Shown here: one piece after another, positions 1 to 20,500 of the stretch
How the letters are laid out: the number at the start of each line of letters is the position of its first letter
Numbering within the stretch: the stretch's first letter is position 1
Assembly (NCBI RefSeq): GCF_000150275.1
Contig: NW_002060954.1
Span: 186,001-250,000, forward strand
Length of the DNA: 64,000 nt
Reading direction: 5' to 3'
DNA from: Trichoplax adhaerens
Taxonomy: Eukaryota > Animalia > Placozoa
The notes under the pieces: generated by a model
The model's input: the letters and a program-made list of their open reading frames with translations, nothing else
Database searches by the model: none
Told to the model about the DNA's origin: nothing
Translations under genes and position numbers: made by a program

Positions 1-789
1 ACGAACATAATAATTGGCGTCGTGAACAGGATGGCAAATCATACTACTGTACTTACGAAATAATAAGGACACGATTGAGAGGGTAAACAAATTGGAATAG
101 AAATTGGTTGTATGCGTTGCATAGTTGCAACTGAAGCAGCGTAAAAATAAAATACAAACTATTGCCTAATTACCAGATTAAGACATCTACAGGAAATAAA
201 GTTCACTGAGTTATAAGATCTAAAGATAATTTGGGTTATCAAGAATGTATGTATCACGGGCGAGCTTGGCGCAATTTAGCGAAATGACATATGATGGAAT
301 CTTTGATATTTAAATCAAAAACATTAAGAGCAATAGTATAAGCCGTATGAATGATCATAAATCTAAACATTATGTGATCTAATTGGTATTATGCAAATAG
401 CACATTCCATATTCTGGAAAGATACAAAAATCAATTTCGGTTCAAGAAATTTGCTACTTTATTGAAGTTTGGTTCCATTTTCAGTGAGGCAAAGGATATC
501 AACTTGTTGATTATCTTTGCTAAAAAGTAATAAGGGGTACTTGAAAGCAATAATATATATAAAAATTTTACATTATACCTATATAATAAAATGCTCCAGT
601 AGAAAAGTAACTCCGATTGATAATAATTATAATTTCTGGTTGAGGCATTCTCTGAACAATATTACTTAAATATTTACCGCATGAATGACCTAAAGAAATA
701 AAGCGTAGGTTGGAGGATACTTCATGTAATATTTTACCAACATCTTATAGTTACATTTTTTATGCTACTCCTAGCAATCGCATCTTGAG

Positions 790-3700
790 TTAAGATGCCT
801 AAATTAGAGAACATTTTAAAATGTAATCCCATGCCTTAGCCAAGGGTAACACAGGATTGGGTTAGATATTGATTAATCTCAAATTCCATCTAGTGAATCT
901 CTATACGTGATAAAAAGTAATATCGTGTGAGTTTGGTATAATAGTAGTACTGATGTCGATTAATTATAGGTACAACCTTTGGTTCTGTTGGCAGTCTGTA
1001 TAATTTTTCTCAAACACTGCCCAAATTCTTCGAGGATTGTCTTTTCAGCAATGGAAGATACTCTATTTAACTTATTATTGTCATGTATTAAAAGAAGGGT
1101 CATGAGTATATGTCTATATGTGATACACATATATATATATACTGGGCAATACTTTTTCTGATTCCTGAGCCTGTTTTAGTAAGCAATTGCAGGTCGCTTT
1201 AATAACTTCGGCGCTAATAAAGTTTAGTGGCAATCTATATGTAAATGTGCAAAAACTTTTAAAACTAAAGATGTATGCAGCACAGTAATTTAGTTAGATA
1301 AATTCGATAATATAGCGTGTTCAATGTTTTCATTATCATTCAAAATTCACACCAGTACCTGCTACCATCATTTTTTGCAGATATGCTTGCAGATAAATCA
1401 TCAATTTGAGTAGAAAGTTTCGATTTGGCAGCAGTTTGCTGCTTTACCCTTATATCTGAAATAAGAAGGGTATCCTTCGATATAATTCATGAGTACATTG
1501 TAGTGAAGTAGTTGTTGCTGCACTATAACGCAAAAAGAAACCTTCAAAAAAATTCTGGAAAAGTGAGAATACCTGCGGCATCGGCAAGCTGCATAAGATT
1601 TTTTCGTTCGAGGCAGTCTTCACGATTCTTGCAGTTAGTACATTTACACAAAACTGTACATGGAATTTTGGCCTATGCAATGTTTAGGATGCATGAATAT
1701 CATCAAATTGCTAATTTGAACCCTTATCACACCGTACTTCGAGATATTAATTTTTACATCGTACCTCGTAGCATTCACAATAGTTCTTTAAACATCCAGA
1801 TCGTTTGCAATTGCATCCTTTGCTATGGCGTCTTTCATTTCCTTCCTACAAATAAAAGTGTTTTGGATCAATTTTCGCATTTAATTTCATACAATCGGTA
1901 ATGAGTATACTTTTGCTTTGCCAATTTTTGGTCGAAAGGCATGTGGATTTCTTTCCAAACAAGCCTACAATAGGCGTCACAACATTGAAACACATTAATT
2001 GTATGATCATCTTGTTAGGTCCCCAAATTGTAAGCTACTACAGTATGCCCTCTACTGCGATTGGAGATAAACGTGATACAGTACAAGATCTCATAACATA
2101 ATATCCCAACCTTAATAGCTCTACTCCTTTCATTTTCATGTTCTATATTATTATGACAATTCGTACAGTTACAATTCTTGCAAAATTCTCCATTAGCAAA
2201 ACATTCGCAATAACTGTTTCATGGGCAATCAAAAGTTAATTTTAGTTTTAAAATTTCTTTATTTTAAGGTTGTCTAAAGGTATAATTCTCACAGTTTTAA
2301 ACATAAGGATTTTGAACAGTTGCAAGGCTTTCGTTGGTAATTTTTTTGATCCTGAAATGGCGCTGTCCTTCATCGATGACAAATTGATAACAAGCGAGTT
2401 TAGATTTGAAAAGAGTTATAGAATAATAAAAATACGATTAGCAGTTGTCGCATGAAAAGTAAATTAAATCCTACTTGTTAGGTATTGCTTCCGAACTAAG
2501 TGTGACAGTTCCAGCTGAAACTGGAATGGCTGTTAAGGAGAATGACTTTCCGGAACTTATCGATGGAAGCTAGAAAGTATAGCAGATGAGAATGAAACAT
2601 TAGTCATAACTAGCTATACCAACATAAATATTTCGTATCACACACCTGATTAAAACATTGCTGCTGAACAACAAATTGTACCACACCATCCTTAGTGATA
2701 ATCTGTCCAAGCTGTGTAGGTACGCCAGCAGGCATCAAAAGACGAGGCCGATGTTGTCCAGTTGATAAGCTGTTTCCAGGCTCTCTTTCGGTTGAGACTG
2801 CTGCCGGTACTTTTGTCTTAGACGCCTAATGATATTAAAGCAAAATTTTTTAACATCTTTAGCACTGACTTTTGCCTATACGGTATTTGATATGGCATCT
2901 TGTTAGTGCATTCTGAGGTGTATACAGTATACGGATATGACGTCACATAGACTTTCGGAACGTCTTATTATAATGTACTGATACAGAAAGTACGCACTAC
3001 TAAGTACTCCCCTAACTGTACATAATAAAAATAATAAATATATAGTATCTAACATTAGTATATTACAACTTTTAGTTTGTAGCTCCGTATTGAGTATAGT
3101 ATTACAATCTGCTAAAATTCGTGCAATACGGAAGCATTTCGTTCCAGAAGATGAACAAAGTATTGTACTTACATTAGCTGCCGTAATGTTAATTTCTGTC
3201 TTGACGTTGGACAAAATTTTACTTTTTTCTTGAGAATAGAAGAAATTACAAAACTTTCTTGAGCAATGTATGAGATATGATTAATACGAATAAAAATTAC
3301 GGTAGTAAATTAGAATGTATAATATTGATATGCATGGCAACATATTCTTCACAGTCCTAATCGTCAAAAGATGATATGGCTCCATAAGTAAAGTTTGCAT
3401 TAGTACTTCAAATACAACTCCTAGTACTGTGATAGCTGATCATCTTGAATATCGAAAAAGTAATTTTCTTTAGGAAAATCTAAGCATACTAGAGACTATA
3501 GGCTACTCTACTATTCTTCGGAAAAGGAAAACTATTTCACTCTGATTTTAATTGACGGATAGATACTCGTAGAACATGCTAGAATATTTTCCTTAGCTCT
3601 TAATTGTGTAATATGCACATTGCACAATATCGTGAATCTTCGGGTTCTAGAGCTCCACAGTAATTCAGTTATAAATAAATTTGGAAATATGATGAAGTGC

Positions 3701-4285
3701 GAACATCAAGTTTGAGTCAGTGCAATAAGCACATCTGAAACCGTTGAAACTTTCCAATCAGTCGCATTGAAAACCCTCTACAAATCACGTATGCAAATTA
3801 TATAATCTACTGTATTTGCATTTTCAGACTGTGTTTCGAATAAACGAAAATTTTGATTACACTTAGTAAAACTAAAAACGTATAACTTTAACTGTTCAGT
3901 AAATACCCCAAAAATGTTAGTACTCTTATTGTACGTATACTGTACTTTTAAACGCTAAATGACTGGATAATCGCGTATAATCCAAACTTACTAAACTTTT
4001 CAAACGATAGTGTACGAGTACTGTACAGTACTGTATACCGTAAATGATTTTAATCAGATTACTGTGTTTGTAGCTGCAACTCCAAGTTAACGTGGATGCA
4101 ATTAAATTTAAAAGTTGAAAACTACGAGCTACTCTATTCTAAAGATTACCAGAGATACCAGAATCATCTTCTTGCGTTGCCATTACTGGGCTTGTAATTG
4201 CCTGAGTTTCAGTTACATCATCCGTCATTTTGATTTCAATGTGAGAAATTATATTATGATCAGTGTTTGCCATTACCTCGAGCAT
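790..4285 (-). CDS. LIN54: LIN54 / tesmin-TSO1 CXC (CRC) domain protein, DREAM/MuvB subunit; multi-exon
   Basis: Spliced minus-strand exons at ~1570-2335 give [11 protein letters not shown]..., [24 protein letters not shown]|[18 protein letters not shown]|[27 protein letters not shown]|[16 protein letters not shown], i.e. two CXC domains with the RNPxAFxPK linker. C-terminal exon ...[16 protein letters not shown] at ~980-1065. Start ATG (4285 or 4273) and the tiny last exon (GCA TCT TAA, 790-798) are tentative. Confidence 0.9.
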
Positions 4286-4299
4286 AGAAGCTAGAACTT

Positions 4300-5840
4300 G
4301 CAGTATCTACAGTACCTACGCACGTACAGTACAGTACTGTGCAACAAGCTGTTACTGGCTCCCTACCTCTAGAATACTGCACTGTATACTGTATAGTACT
4401 GTACTGTGTGAATTTTAGTAGTCCCAGACAACTACTGTATTGATAGTCTGGTATACAGTATATCGGGACAACTCAAGGGGAAAAATATACTGTACAGTGT
4501 ACAGTACAGTGCAGTACAATACAGTATATCGAGTTGCTCCTGATTGTATCCGTGAGTTTTTGTCCGTTCGTAATTGTTCATGTTTTATTCATGTTTTATT
4601 TCGTACACACTTAACTTTATCAAACAGATCCACGGGTATACTCGTAAAATGTGGTGCCACATAATACTGTAAAATGGAATGAATAAATAAATGGAGGTTC
4701 TCCAAATAATGTACTGTACAGTACTGTATTTAACTATAAGTAAAAGATACTGCAGTTCACACCTCTTAACTTGTCGATAATTATCCCTTCAAGGCTTCAA
4801 CTGATAGGCTTTGATTTAAACAGGGTTAAACGCTGATCCAAATTTAACCTAAAACAGCTAGCAGTTACTATCTCTAATTTGCCCCAAACTGATAAGGAAG
4901 TACAGTACAGTACTGTACTGTATGATAGTCACCTACTGTACTGTACACTCTATAGTACTGTACAGTACTGTACTGTAGTGTTAATTTAAGCGCGCAAAAA
5001 TTAATACTGTACTGTATACTGTACAGTACAGTACGCTGAGTACAGTGCAGTCTGTACGACGTACTGTAAGTCTGTAATCACGGATGCAAGATGTCGATGT
5101 CGTTGGTAACAATCTGCAAAAAAATGATTCTTGTTACAGTATTTACACCAAGACTTCTATTAAAGATTTTTAAAAGTCCCTGATTTACAGTTAGTTAGTT
5201 TATTCATGGCTTATTATTTTAGAGTTTAGGAAGAGACTACGCCTTGTTATCACTAAAGATCTGTTTCAGGATCTTTTCAGTACCAGACTGTACAGTACAG
5301 TACCATTCTCCCATTTGTTTTGCACTAAATTCATCGTACTGTACTGTACTGTACAGTGCACTAGAAATTCTTAGAGAGTGTACACAATACAGTACAGTAC
5401 ACTGTACGGTATACCTAACTGTACAGTACAGTATGGTGGCCCTACACATCACAGCACAGTAACCAAACTAAGGTGCGTATTGTTTTTACTATCGATCTGT
5501 TATGCCCTATGGGCTACTGCATGGACTACTATAATTAGTAGTCCATGGCTATGGTCTGGGACTTCTAAGAGAAAATTCTCGGATTTAGAGGTCCCTAGCA
5601 TCTTTCTTACTACGTGATCATGGTTGCGTATGACTGTTTCAGCGAGGTGTACTGTATTGTACAGTACAGTACAGTAAATACTACTGAGTCCTGACTACTG
5701 GCTACTGACTTCCGAGTGACAGTACAGTACTGTTCAGTACAGTATTACAGTATCATACCATACAGTACATGTACTGTACTGTACTGTTACAGTACTACAG
5801 TACAGTACAGTACTGTACGTGTCCTGTACTGTATCTGTAC
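4300..5840. repeat. TA(CAG/CTG)TA pentamer cluster in the LIN54/VDAC divergent promoter region
   Basis: Many interleaved CAGTA and CTGTA units, e.g. 4900-5050, 5335-5432, 5720-5840. Confidence 0.9.
5520..5595. repeat. Two adjacent short inverted repeats of the CAKGGACTWCTA family
   Basis: CATGGACTACTA-taat-TAGTAGTCCATG (5520-5547, perfect 12-bp arms). GGGACTTCTAA (5558-5568) pairs with TTAGAGGTCCC (5585-5595) with 1 mismatch. Confidence 0.8.
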
Positions 5841-6269
5841 ACAGAATTATCTTTCTTTCTCATCATTATTGCTATCGCCATCACCGCAAGGTAGCAGTTC
5901 GTCCTTTATTTGATCTTTGCTTTGAGCACAGCATTACAACCGAAATTTTTCAGTAAGGTATTATCAAATCTTTAATTACATTACGCTATAATAAGAACCT
6001 ATATTGAATGTGAATTATTATTCATCAACTCGATTCCATCAATATGGCCAAAGACTATAGTGCACGTGTATTCTTTCTTTTAACGGTTGTTTGTCGCATC
6101 TGTTTCGTTGCTGTTTTACACTGCATGTCCGATAGCTTTACATTCTTTACGTACTACAGTACAGTACACTAATGTATAATTTGCAAGATAGATCTACATA
6201 TTTAACGGCTACGTAAAATTTAGAGATCTGCAACAACTAACTTCTGGGTTCTGTATCTTTCTGCGTAGC

Positions 6270-8030
6270 ATGGCCCCTCCTTTGTTCGCCGATTTGGGCA
6301 AAGAAGCGCGTGATATCTTCAGTAAAGGATTTGGTAAGGAGTAATAATCTCTATTACGCTCCTGCATTCAACACTAATTGTAGCGCAATAGAGTCACAAT
6401 AAGTTATATACCGCTATCCTGTATTGTACTTAAAGTTATTATTATTGTTATTATTTTAAAAATACTGCACCGTAGTCATCGAACCTTTAAGCACTAGACT
6501 GCCGCTTTCGACGACATATCTTGCTACAGTAAATTAACATGGATTAAGCTTTTACGACATTGAGATAAATATGTTGTCTTATTTAACATAGGATTCGGTA
6601 GCGTAAAGCTTGATGTGGCTACTAAAGCTACAAATGGTGTCGTAAGTCAAATAAAACTAGAAATATTAGATTACTACATACGGATTCCAGAATTTGTGAT
6701 ACGTTAATGAGAGTATTTTAATTTGATTAACACCGTCTTCTTAGCTTTTAATAATGAAAAGGGTTATTGCAAATGTTTTATCTGATTTATGTACCACATT
6801 CTTCAAAGGAGTTTAGTAGTGGAGTATCTAGCAATGATGCTGGAAAGGTTTCCGGAAGTTTGGAAACCACGTATAAAAATTCTGATTATGGTAAGCATTG
6901 CGGTAGCTTTCATTAAGATTTTCTAATTCCTGAAAAGTAAGAATGCTTGCACTTTATAGTGTTGACAATTTTGATATGTTACATTCTACCACCCCTATGC
7001 CTGATAACTAGGGTTAACTTTCAAAGAAAAATGGAGTAGTGAAAATATTTTGACTGCTGAGATTACTATTGAGGATCAGGTTAGCTGTCGTGCTACTTTA
7101 ACATACCATATTTTAGGGAGAGCCTTTATTATGCTAGTCGAGATATATTCAAAGCGTTAAATTATAGTACGATTTTGGTTATGTAACAGATTGCCAACGG
7201 GTTCAAATTAACATTTGATACAATGTTTGCTCCAAATACTAGGTTAGCGAGATAAAATTTATTCGTGTTCCTGCATTGATCACTTTATTGCGAAATTAAA
7301 AACATTAATTTATTAAAAATTCTTAGCAAAAAAGCCGCGAAGATTAAAACATCTTACAAGCAGGACAATTTCAGCGGAACAACTGACATCGACTTCGATT
7401 TCACCGGTCCAACTTTATACAGTTCTGCGGTTGTTGGGTACTGCTTTTATTACATATTAGATGATATATAATGTTACTAAATATTATTATTTAATTGGCT
7501 AGTTATAAAGGTTGGCTTCTTGGAGGCTATGCAGCTTATGATACTTCCAAGTCCCGTTTAGTTAACAACAAACTTGGGATTGCTTACAAAACAGATGACT
7601 TTGTTTTGCACTCATCTGTAAGTGACAATGTGGATTTTTCAACTTCGTATTATCAAAAAGTTAGTGATAAAATCGAGTGTGCTGCAAATCTTGGATGGAC
7701 TGCGGGTACTGCTGCAACAAAATTTGCAATTGGAGGAAAATATGTATTGGATTCAGATTCATCTGTTAAGGTATGTTTTATATATCTTACCTCTCACTAG
7801 TGAGATTCCTCCGTACTTTTGATTTTGTACTTGGACTTCCCAACATTACTGAAAAATAATTGAAATCTAATTTTTAACAGATGCGAATCAGCAATGATAG
7901 TCATGTAGGGTTGGGCTATACTCAGCAACTTCGTGATGGTGTGAAATTAACTCTTTCAGCGTTGATTGATGCTAAAAACCTTAATCAAGCTGGTCATAAA
8001 CTAGGTCTTGGACTTGATGTATCTCTTTAA
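6270..8030 (+). CDS. VDAC: Voltage-dependent anion channel (mitochondrial porin); multi-exon
   Basis: [21 protein letters not shown]|[13 protein letters not shown]..., [31 protein letters not shown]..., C-terminus ...[26 protein letters not shown] introns. A probable non-coding 5' exon ends near 5957. Confidence 0.97.
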
Positions 8031-9279
8031 ACGATATTATCGTAGCTCCAAAATTATACGCGCTTCTTTACTATACTGTCACGAAACTTACATATTTGTG
8101 CATTTGACTAGTGTTTAAGGAATGTTGTGGTTGGCTTATTCGCGATAATATCAGTAATTTGTTATAATTGCTAAAGTGCTTAGGTAACACTTTCATAATA
8201 AACTTTATCCAGTTTACTAGTGTATACAAAATTTACTATGGTTGCTGGGTTGTCACTAGGAATTACATGCATGTAAAGCTCCTACCTGCTAATGGTACTG
8301 TAACCTTAATTATACGATTGATTCTTTTAGTTGCGTTAATGACATGATTAATTAATTGTGCTTTCAAAATTGAAGCACAGCGCTGTCATATTTGACTCTC
8401 GCAGTTCATGTCCTAAGTAGTAATTTAATCTATAAATAGTTACGGAAGTTCGTATTTCATTGCCAATATGCCGTAGTAATTCTTGCCTTTTATAGATAGG
8501 AAGAGATTATGTTCTCCATCTAAGTCTATAGCTAGTTCCTGCAGTAATTTTAGAATTGTAAGAGTGTTTGCACTGTATGTAGTTAACATTCAACAATAAC
8601 CGGTCTAATCTTTTGTACTCGAAATCCATATACTACAGTATACTGTATTACCAGCACACAATATTATTTCGTTCGGTACGATTGATAGAGAGAAGGGAAT
8701 ACAGTATGCTTTTCATAAGTGCAATGATTGACATTTTTGGAGCAGAGGTACCAGAACGTCTGTTCATTTTTTGTGCATGCGGGTAGTGTAACGTACTCAT
8801 GTAAAGGTTTATTAATATCGTGCAAGATATTGACAGTAAATAATTTAATTTAAAAATAATATTAAGCGTAATAGACTGTGCGGTAGCTACCAGTATTACA
8901 TTATGTTTGCTCGGTACATATCGCGGATTGATCAAAATGAAATCGATTCGTAAATTACACAATATTATCTTCTAGAAATAGTTACATGACTGTATGTATG
9001 TATGCTATTGCTCTACGAAGAACAATAAGTTGCTTTCCTTATACAGAATCAGGTTCAGGGTAATGGAGAATCGTCAATATGTACGTGTGTGAGTATATAT
9101 TAAGTTCGGTAATATCACATCTGAATGGACGCCGAAAATTTTTAACTGTATCCGTTTTATAAGTATACAAAATAGACTAGCGAAACTCTTGGAACATAAT
9201 ACGATTTTAAGTTAATAATATAACTTGATTTGATTTTAGCTCATCTTTGTATAACACAGTACTCAATTTCCCGACCTCT

Positions 9280-9815
9280 TAAATACTGTACTATAGAGCC
9301 TTGATTGTCAGGCTCAAGTCTAGTAATTCTTAACGTCCATGGACTACTACACGAATCTACGCAATGATCTACTGTACTGTACATATAGTGTCAAAAGTGG
9401 GCAAAATGAGTTCCGTCACCGTAAAAGGAAATGTTATCCATTGCCGTCACCGTCGTATCCGTCAAATGTTACACAGTACAGTACTACAGTATGTTACTGT
9501 ACAGTACAATATTTGGCTCTGACGGGCGTTTCCTTTCCCGTCTCTTTCTTTCTTTCTTTTTATTTAGTACTGTAGTCCGTGGGTTCTAGCACAGCTCTAG
9601 ACTGTACAGTACAGTACAGTACTGTATTCAATATTTTTACATACTGTACGGTACTGTACTGAACTAAGGGGTTACAGTACACTACTGTACTGATACTGTA
9701 TCGCATTGACAGTGACTACTCCACTGTACAGTGTACTGTACTGTACAGTACTGTGGTTATTCATGAGTCAGTTGCCATGCTGCAAGTGCTACACACACCA
9801 TTCGGCAGTACAGTA
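9280..9815. repeat. TA(CAG/CTG)TA pentamer cluster immediately upstream of the PKG ATG
   Basis: e.g. 9601-9626 actgtacagtacagtacagtactgta; also 9722-9754. Confidence 0.9.
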
Positions 9816-9843
9816 CCCACTTATAACTTAGCAATTAATTATC

Positions 9844-15703
<5,860 letters not shown>

Positions 15704-17570
15704 CGTTTTTACAGGATTAAGAGATTTATCTTTAAAGCGAATGCTATAGATTCTAATTTCAGCAAGAAAATAGCTATTGATTTTTGAAAAGAATATGCTA
15801 ATCTCACGAAAGATAAGAATTTTAAAACGACCATGTTTACCTGAAACAATTTATTTTTAGAAAATAAGTATTTAGGTCAAAATTCAGTTTCTTAACTATA
15901 GTACTTAGTTATCCACTATTAATTGTACAACTTCATGATTTAAGAGTTTAACGTGACCGTTCTATCAATATGCGGTGTAGTAATTCTGTAGCAATACGTA
16001 CTCGAAATTTTAAAGGCTTATTTTCAGCTCACGGAATTGAGTGTGACTTTCTAAAACGTGAAATAAGTTCTAATCGACTATTAACTTTTTAAAACTTCAA
16101 TTTAAACAAACGATTACATCATATTGTTGATTGATTAAAAAACAACATTATTTTGCGATATGATTGCGCTAAGTAATGTTGCATACGGTGCAGTGGATAC
16201 TGTGCCTGGCTATCGGTGTAGTAGAAATACTGTTACTATTTACTATTATATAAATTGTTAGAATTTACCAATTCTAGGTAAAGAAATGATGATAAATTTG
16301 TGACCTCTTGAAAGTACAGAGCCCAACAATTTCCTTGTACCTTACATAATATACTCTCATAGCATTTGGTAGTGCTGGTTCTTTATTGTTACATGCTTAT
16401 TTTTGTTGTATCAGCGTGTATTTGTGAGAGGTCAAGCAAGCTGTATACACTTGCACGAAAAGAGAGTATTACGTTCAAATTCAGAGAACTCAGTAAAGTT
16501 TAGCATGTGATTTCATGTTATGGTCATCATTCTTTTTAATTAAAATCTTAATATTACATTTCGTGTACTATCGGAATATTAATATTCCTTTGTCGTTGTA
16601 CCGTCCTAGTACATTGACGTTATTATTACTGCTAAGTTGTAGGATCTATGTGAGGCGAATTAAAATCGGTTATTTCATTCATAATGCTATCATATTATCT
16701 AAGAATTGCTCTTAGAATGAATTTAGTTAAATTTATCCATTTATAATCTATGTTAAATTGTGGCTTAGTAAGTTAATGATTCCACACATTGTAATACATT
16801 ATCGAAGACGTCAAGTAATCATGTCAATACTGGGTACTATACGGCTTTAAATTGAAGAAAGCTGTAACTAATTTTTAAGAGTAGTCAAAACCATAGAGAT
16901 AAGTAGCGAGAGTAACAAGACTGTCAAAATCGTCAACAAATATATCACCTTATTGCTATTAGCTAACACAAATACAACAACGTTTAACATTACTGATGAG
17001 GTATGATCAATGCTACACTACAGTAGTATTACATACAAGTAAAATGTATTTCTTTTTGTTCTTGTGTAATATCATACTCGCAAGGTAAATTATGTCATAA
17101 ATCAAGATCAACGAAATATTCGCAATCCAATTTATAACTTTGTCGCCCAATATCGATGACACTTAAGGTTAAATGAAAGCATATTTCCATGATGTATAAT
17201 AACTTGAACCATATACAGTAAAGGTAGAGAGTCTTTAAATATGTGTTATTAGGCAACCTCCGTACTGCAGCATCTTATTATTAGCTGTAATACTTTGTTC
17301 TAAAGTTTTAATTTACAGAATGAAATATTTAATAAGTTTCTAATAAAGCCATCACGAAAATAAACTTACAGTAAGCATGGTAATTATATTTTCCTTGTGC
17401 AGACGGAGTGCAACATATACCAGATATTTTGGGATACAATATTTACAATACATACTCATCTTACAGTTTAGTTAATACAAAGAAGCCGTAGCTTGCGAAG
17501 TTATGAGGTAATAAAGTCTAGTGCTTAATACCTCTACAAATAACGCATAACTATAAACTACGTATAGAAT

Positions 17571-20500
17571 CTATAATAAATCTTCTATTTGACTGTTATT
17601 ATCTGGTAAAAGATTCCTCCAGCGCCATCTTTGCATCCGAAGCTTATCTTCTTCATATGGTTCCTCAAAGTCAGCAAAATACAGGTTATTCAAAATCCTA
17701 GCGACACCAGCAGGAGCAGCAACTTCAACCATCCATCTAGCAGTGGTTAAAACGTAAGCACATATTGAGCTGAATGCATTGAATGCTCGACCTTATCATA
17801 TCTACTAAATCATTTCCATTATACTCAAGATTTATTATGCAATGTAAATTACATACTAATAACTTTCTAATACATAAGTGTAAAATATAAATGACAGTAC
17901 ATCCGTACCTTCGAAATGATCTTTCCCAGTTATTAGATCTATCCGTGTGCAGGTATGTATTAAAAAGCAAGAGATAGATATATCTTTCGAAATAATTTAA
18001 GCACTGTTGCCGGAGCTTAAGCCTTTTTTCACCGTCATTTATTGCAATGCTCTGGTAAAACAACTAGTTAGTGAGCTTTCTATCATAAAGATTTGAAATA
18101 AATGTGACAAATTTCTGATTATATTGTAGTTACGGTGTAAGACTAACAAGTAATGAATCACCGATGGTTTATTAAATCCCAATAAGATAACAAAAGATTA
18201 AAACAAATGCAATTACGTCAAGTAATTACCGCACCTTATTGTAGTATGAAAAAATGACTTCTCTGATATGATAATGCATGGGTGTCATTGTTTCCGACAT
18301 TTTATCTAATATGTAATCTACTTCTCTCTTCATTTGGTGTCCATTTGGTAAAATTCTGACTAATTTTCTAACAACCTAATTCAAAACATAGTACTTAATT
18401 AATAGCTATCGTCGATGATCTTAAAATATGAAGAAATTAATCTCAGCTACCGCAAATTCTCCACATGTGTATTTAGCATTAGGTACACATGCAGGTTCTT
18501 GCTCTCCTGGTCTTGTGCCTGTCGGAAAGCCCTATAGCATGATACGGATATTCTAATCTTTACAAACATGTTTTTGACTAAACACTTCCTCTGAAATCTA
18601 TTTACCCTTTTATTACACCAAATTAAACCAACAATTGCCATACAGATCGTTGTACGACTTTTTCCATCTAAGCAGTGGAAAATGAAAGCAGGACCATCTT
18701 CATCTTGATAAATTTCTGGTAGATCTTTGACAATTGACATCAGGTAGTCAAACGTCTAAGGGAATAGCGACAAATATTCATCAGCAACGGTAAATCCTGA
18801 TTAAAGCTTAATACCTTATCATTACAAATGGATAATTGCTGTAGAGTTACTACTCGTATAGCACCTCTTCTGGAGGCGATTGTTCATCCTTAATTGGCAT
18901 TCTATAATAAAGGAGCTGTGGTGTTTCTCTAATTTGTTGCTCAAAAATTTCCCTGGATGTCAAAATTTCTGTTAACCCTACTTTTTTAGGTCCATTGCCT
19001 GGACTTTCATAGATGGTATGTTTACTTTTGCTCAGTAATTCTTGTTTTAGCTTGAATTCCATTTTCTATTAGTAACGTTAAATATTATATCGTATTAGTT
19101 TCAAACTAAATCTGTTCTAGGCACTCACAACCTTCACAGTGAGAATTTTAATACTGAAGTTATTTCGTAATATTTACTATTCAAAAACTGACAAATAGGA
19201 ATTCGCTTATAACTTCGAATGTGGTAACCCACAACAGCGTCTAATAAAAGTTCATTAGCATGCTATAAAATTATTTCAGAAATGTAGCTAGTCACCTCTA
19301 TTGTATTAGCACTCATCCCATTCATAAGCAACAATTGATTCAAATTGCCCACCTTTAGTTAGAAATGAAAAACTTGTATTTTAGTAACTGAAACTAAAAA
19401 TGTATTAAAATATAGCTCATACACATGCTCTCTCACCTCTCTGACAGAATAAGTTGATTGATCAGCTTGTATAACTAAATCTTCCCTTAGATTAAAGGCA
19501 ATAATCTTGGGATGATCATGTCTTCTGTCTAACAACATAGCAACTACCCGCGCTAATCCCTGAAGCAATATAAAATGAGATAAATGCCAGATTTTTATCT
19601 TATATTTTTGGAATACTAAGTATATACTTTGCCAAAATACCTCCTTAGTTGGTTGTGCCATACCATAAACTGGAAGTCCTTGTAAATTTCTGAAATTTGA
19701 AACTCCAAGCTCAACGTAAGAACTAAGTACATCATAGGAAGTGCAATCATCTTCGACCTCGATTAATAAAATATTCATTGAAAGCGTTTAATATAACCGA
19801 TGACAATTGAGCGAATATTGTGGTATCAATTAAGCTATCATAATAAATTATCAGATATGAATAAACAAGATACATATTTCTTACCATAACCCGTCGTTCA
19901 GGAATTAGTATCGTAGGCATCTCGTGGCGTTCAATACCATCAATATGGCTCAATACCCGATAGTATTGGGAGTTAATATTTATCCAATCAGAATAAGCAA
20001 CAGGAAAATTCTGAGGGAACTGTAATATAACACATCATATTTGGTTAGATTTAATATCTGATTTCTATTCATACATAATGACATAGAATTTATCATGTAA
20101 TTTGGTATATTTTAGTTCGAGTAGAAATAGAGAATTTACTAACCTGTTCCTCAAGGTAGCAATTAAAAACTATTAACAAGTAGTATTTCTCTAAATAATT
20201 TCGTCCTTTCAAGAGCCAGTACTTTTTTGCCGAAATATTCTTAATTCATTTTTTATGACCAAATTTTAGCAATTAATAATTTCTTTACGAATTATATCTC
20301 ATACAAAAATTTTTTAATTTCACGTAGCTTAAAATTTTTCAAACATTGAACGAAAAATTCCTACTTTTATGCTTTCATTAGGATCCGCACTGATCAGTTT
20401 TTGTTTACATTGGAAGATCAATTCTCTGATGTTATCAGTTTTAGCGCAATTGTCTATTATAACGTCCACCTTTGTAAACGGTATAAAGTAATGATAAAAT

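Noticed and set aside
57-113. Possible minus-strand exon MQRIQPISIPICLPSQSCPYYF followed by GTAAGT
   Set aside because: Too short and at the window edge, with no recognisable homology.
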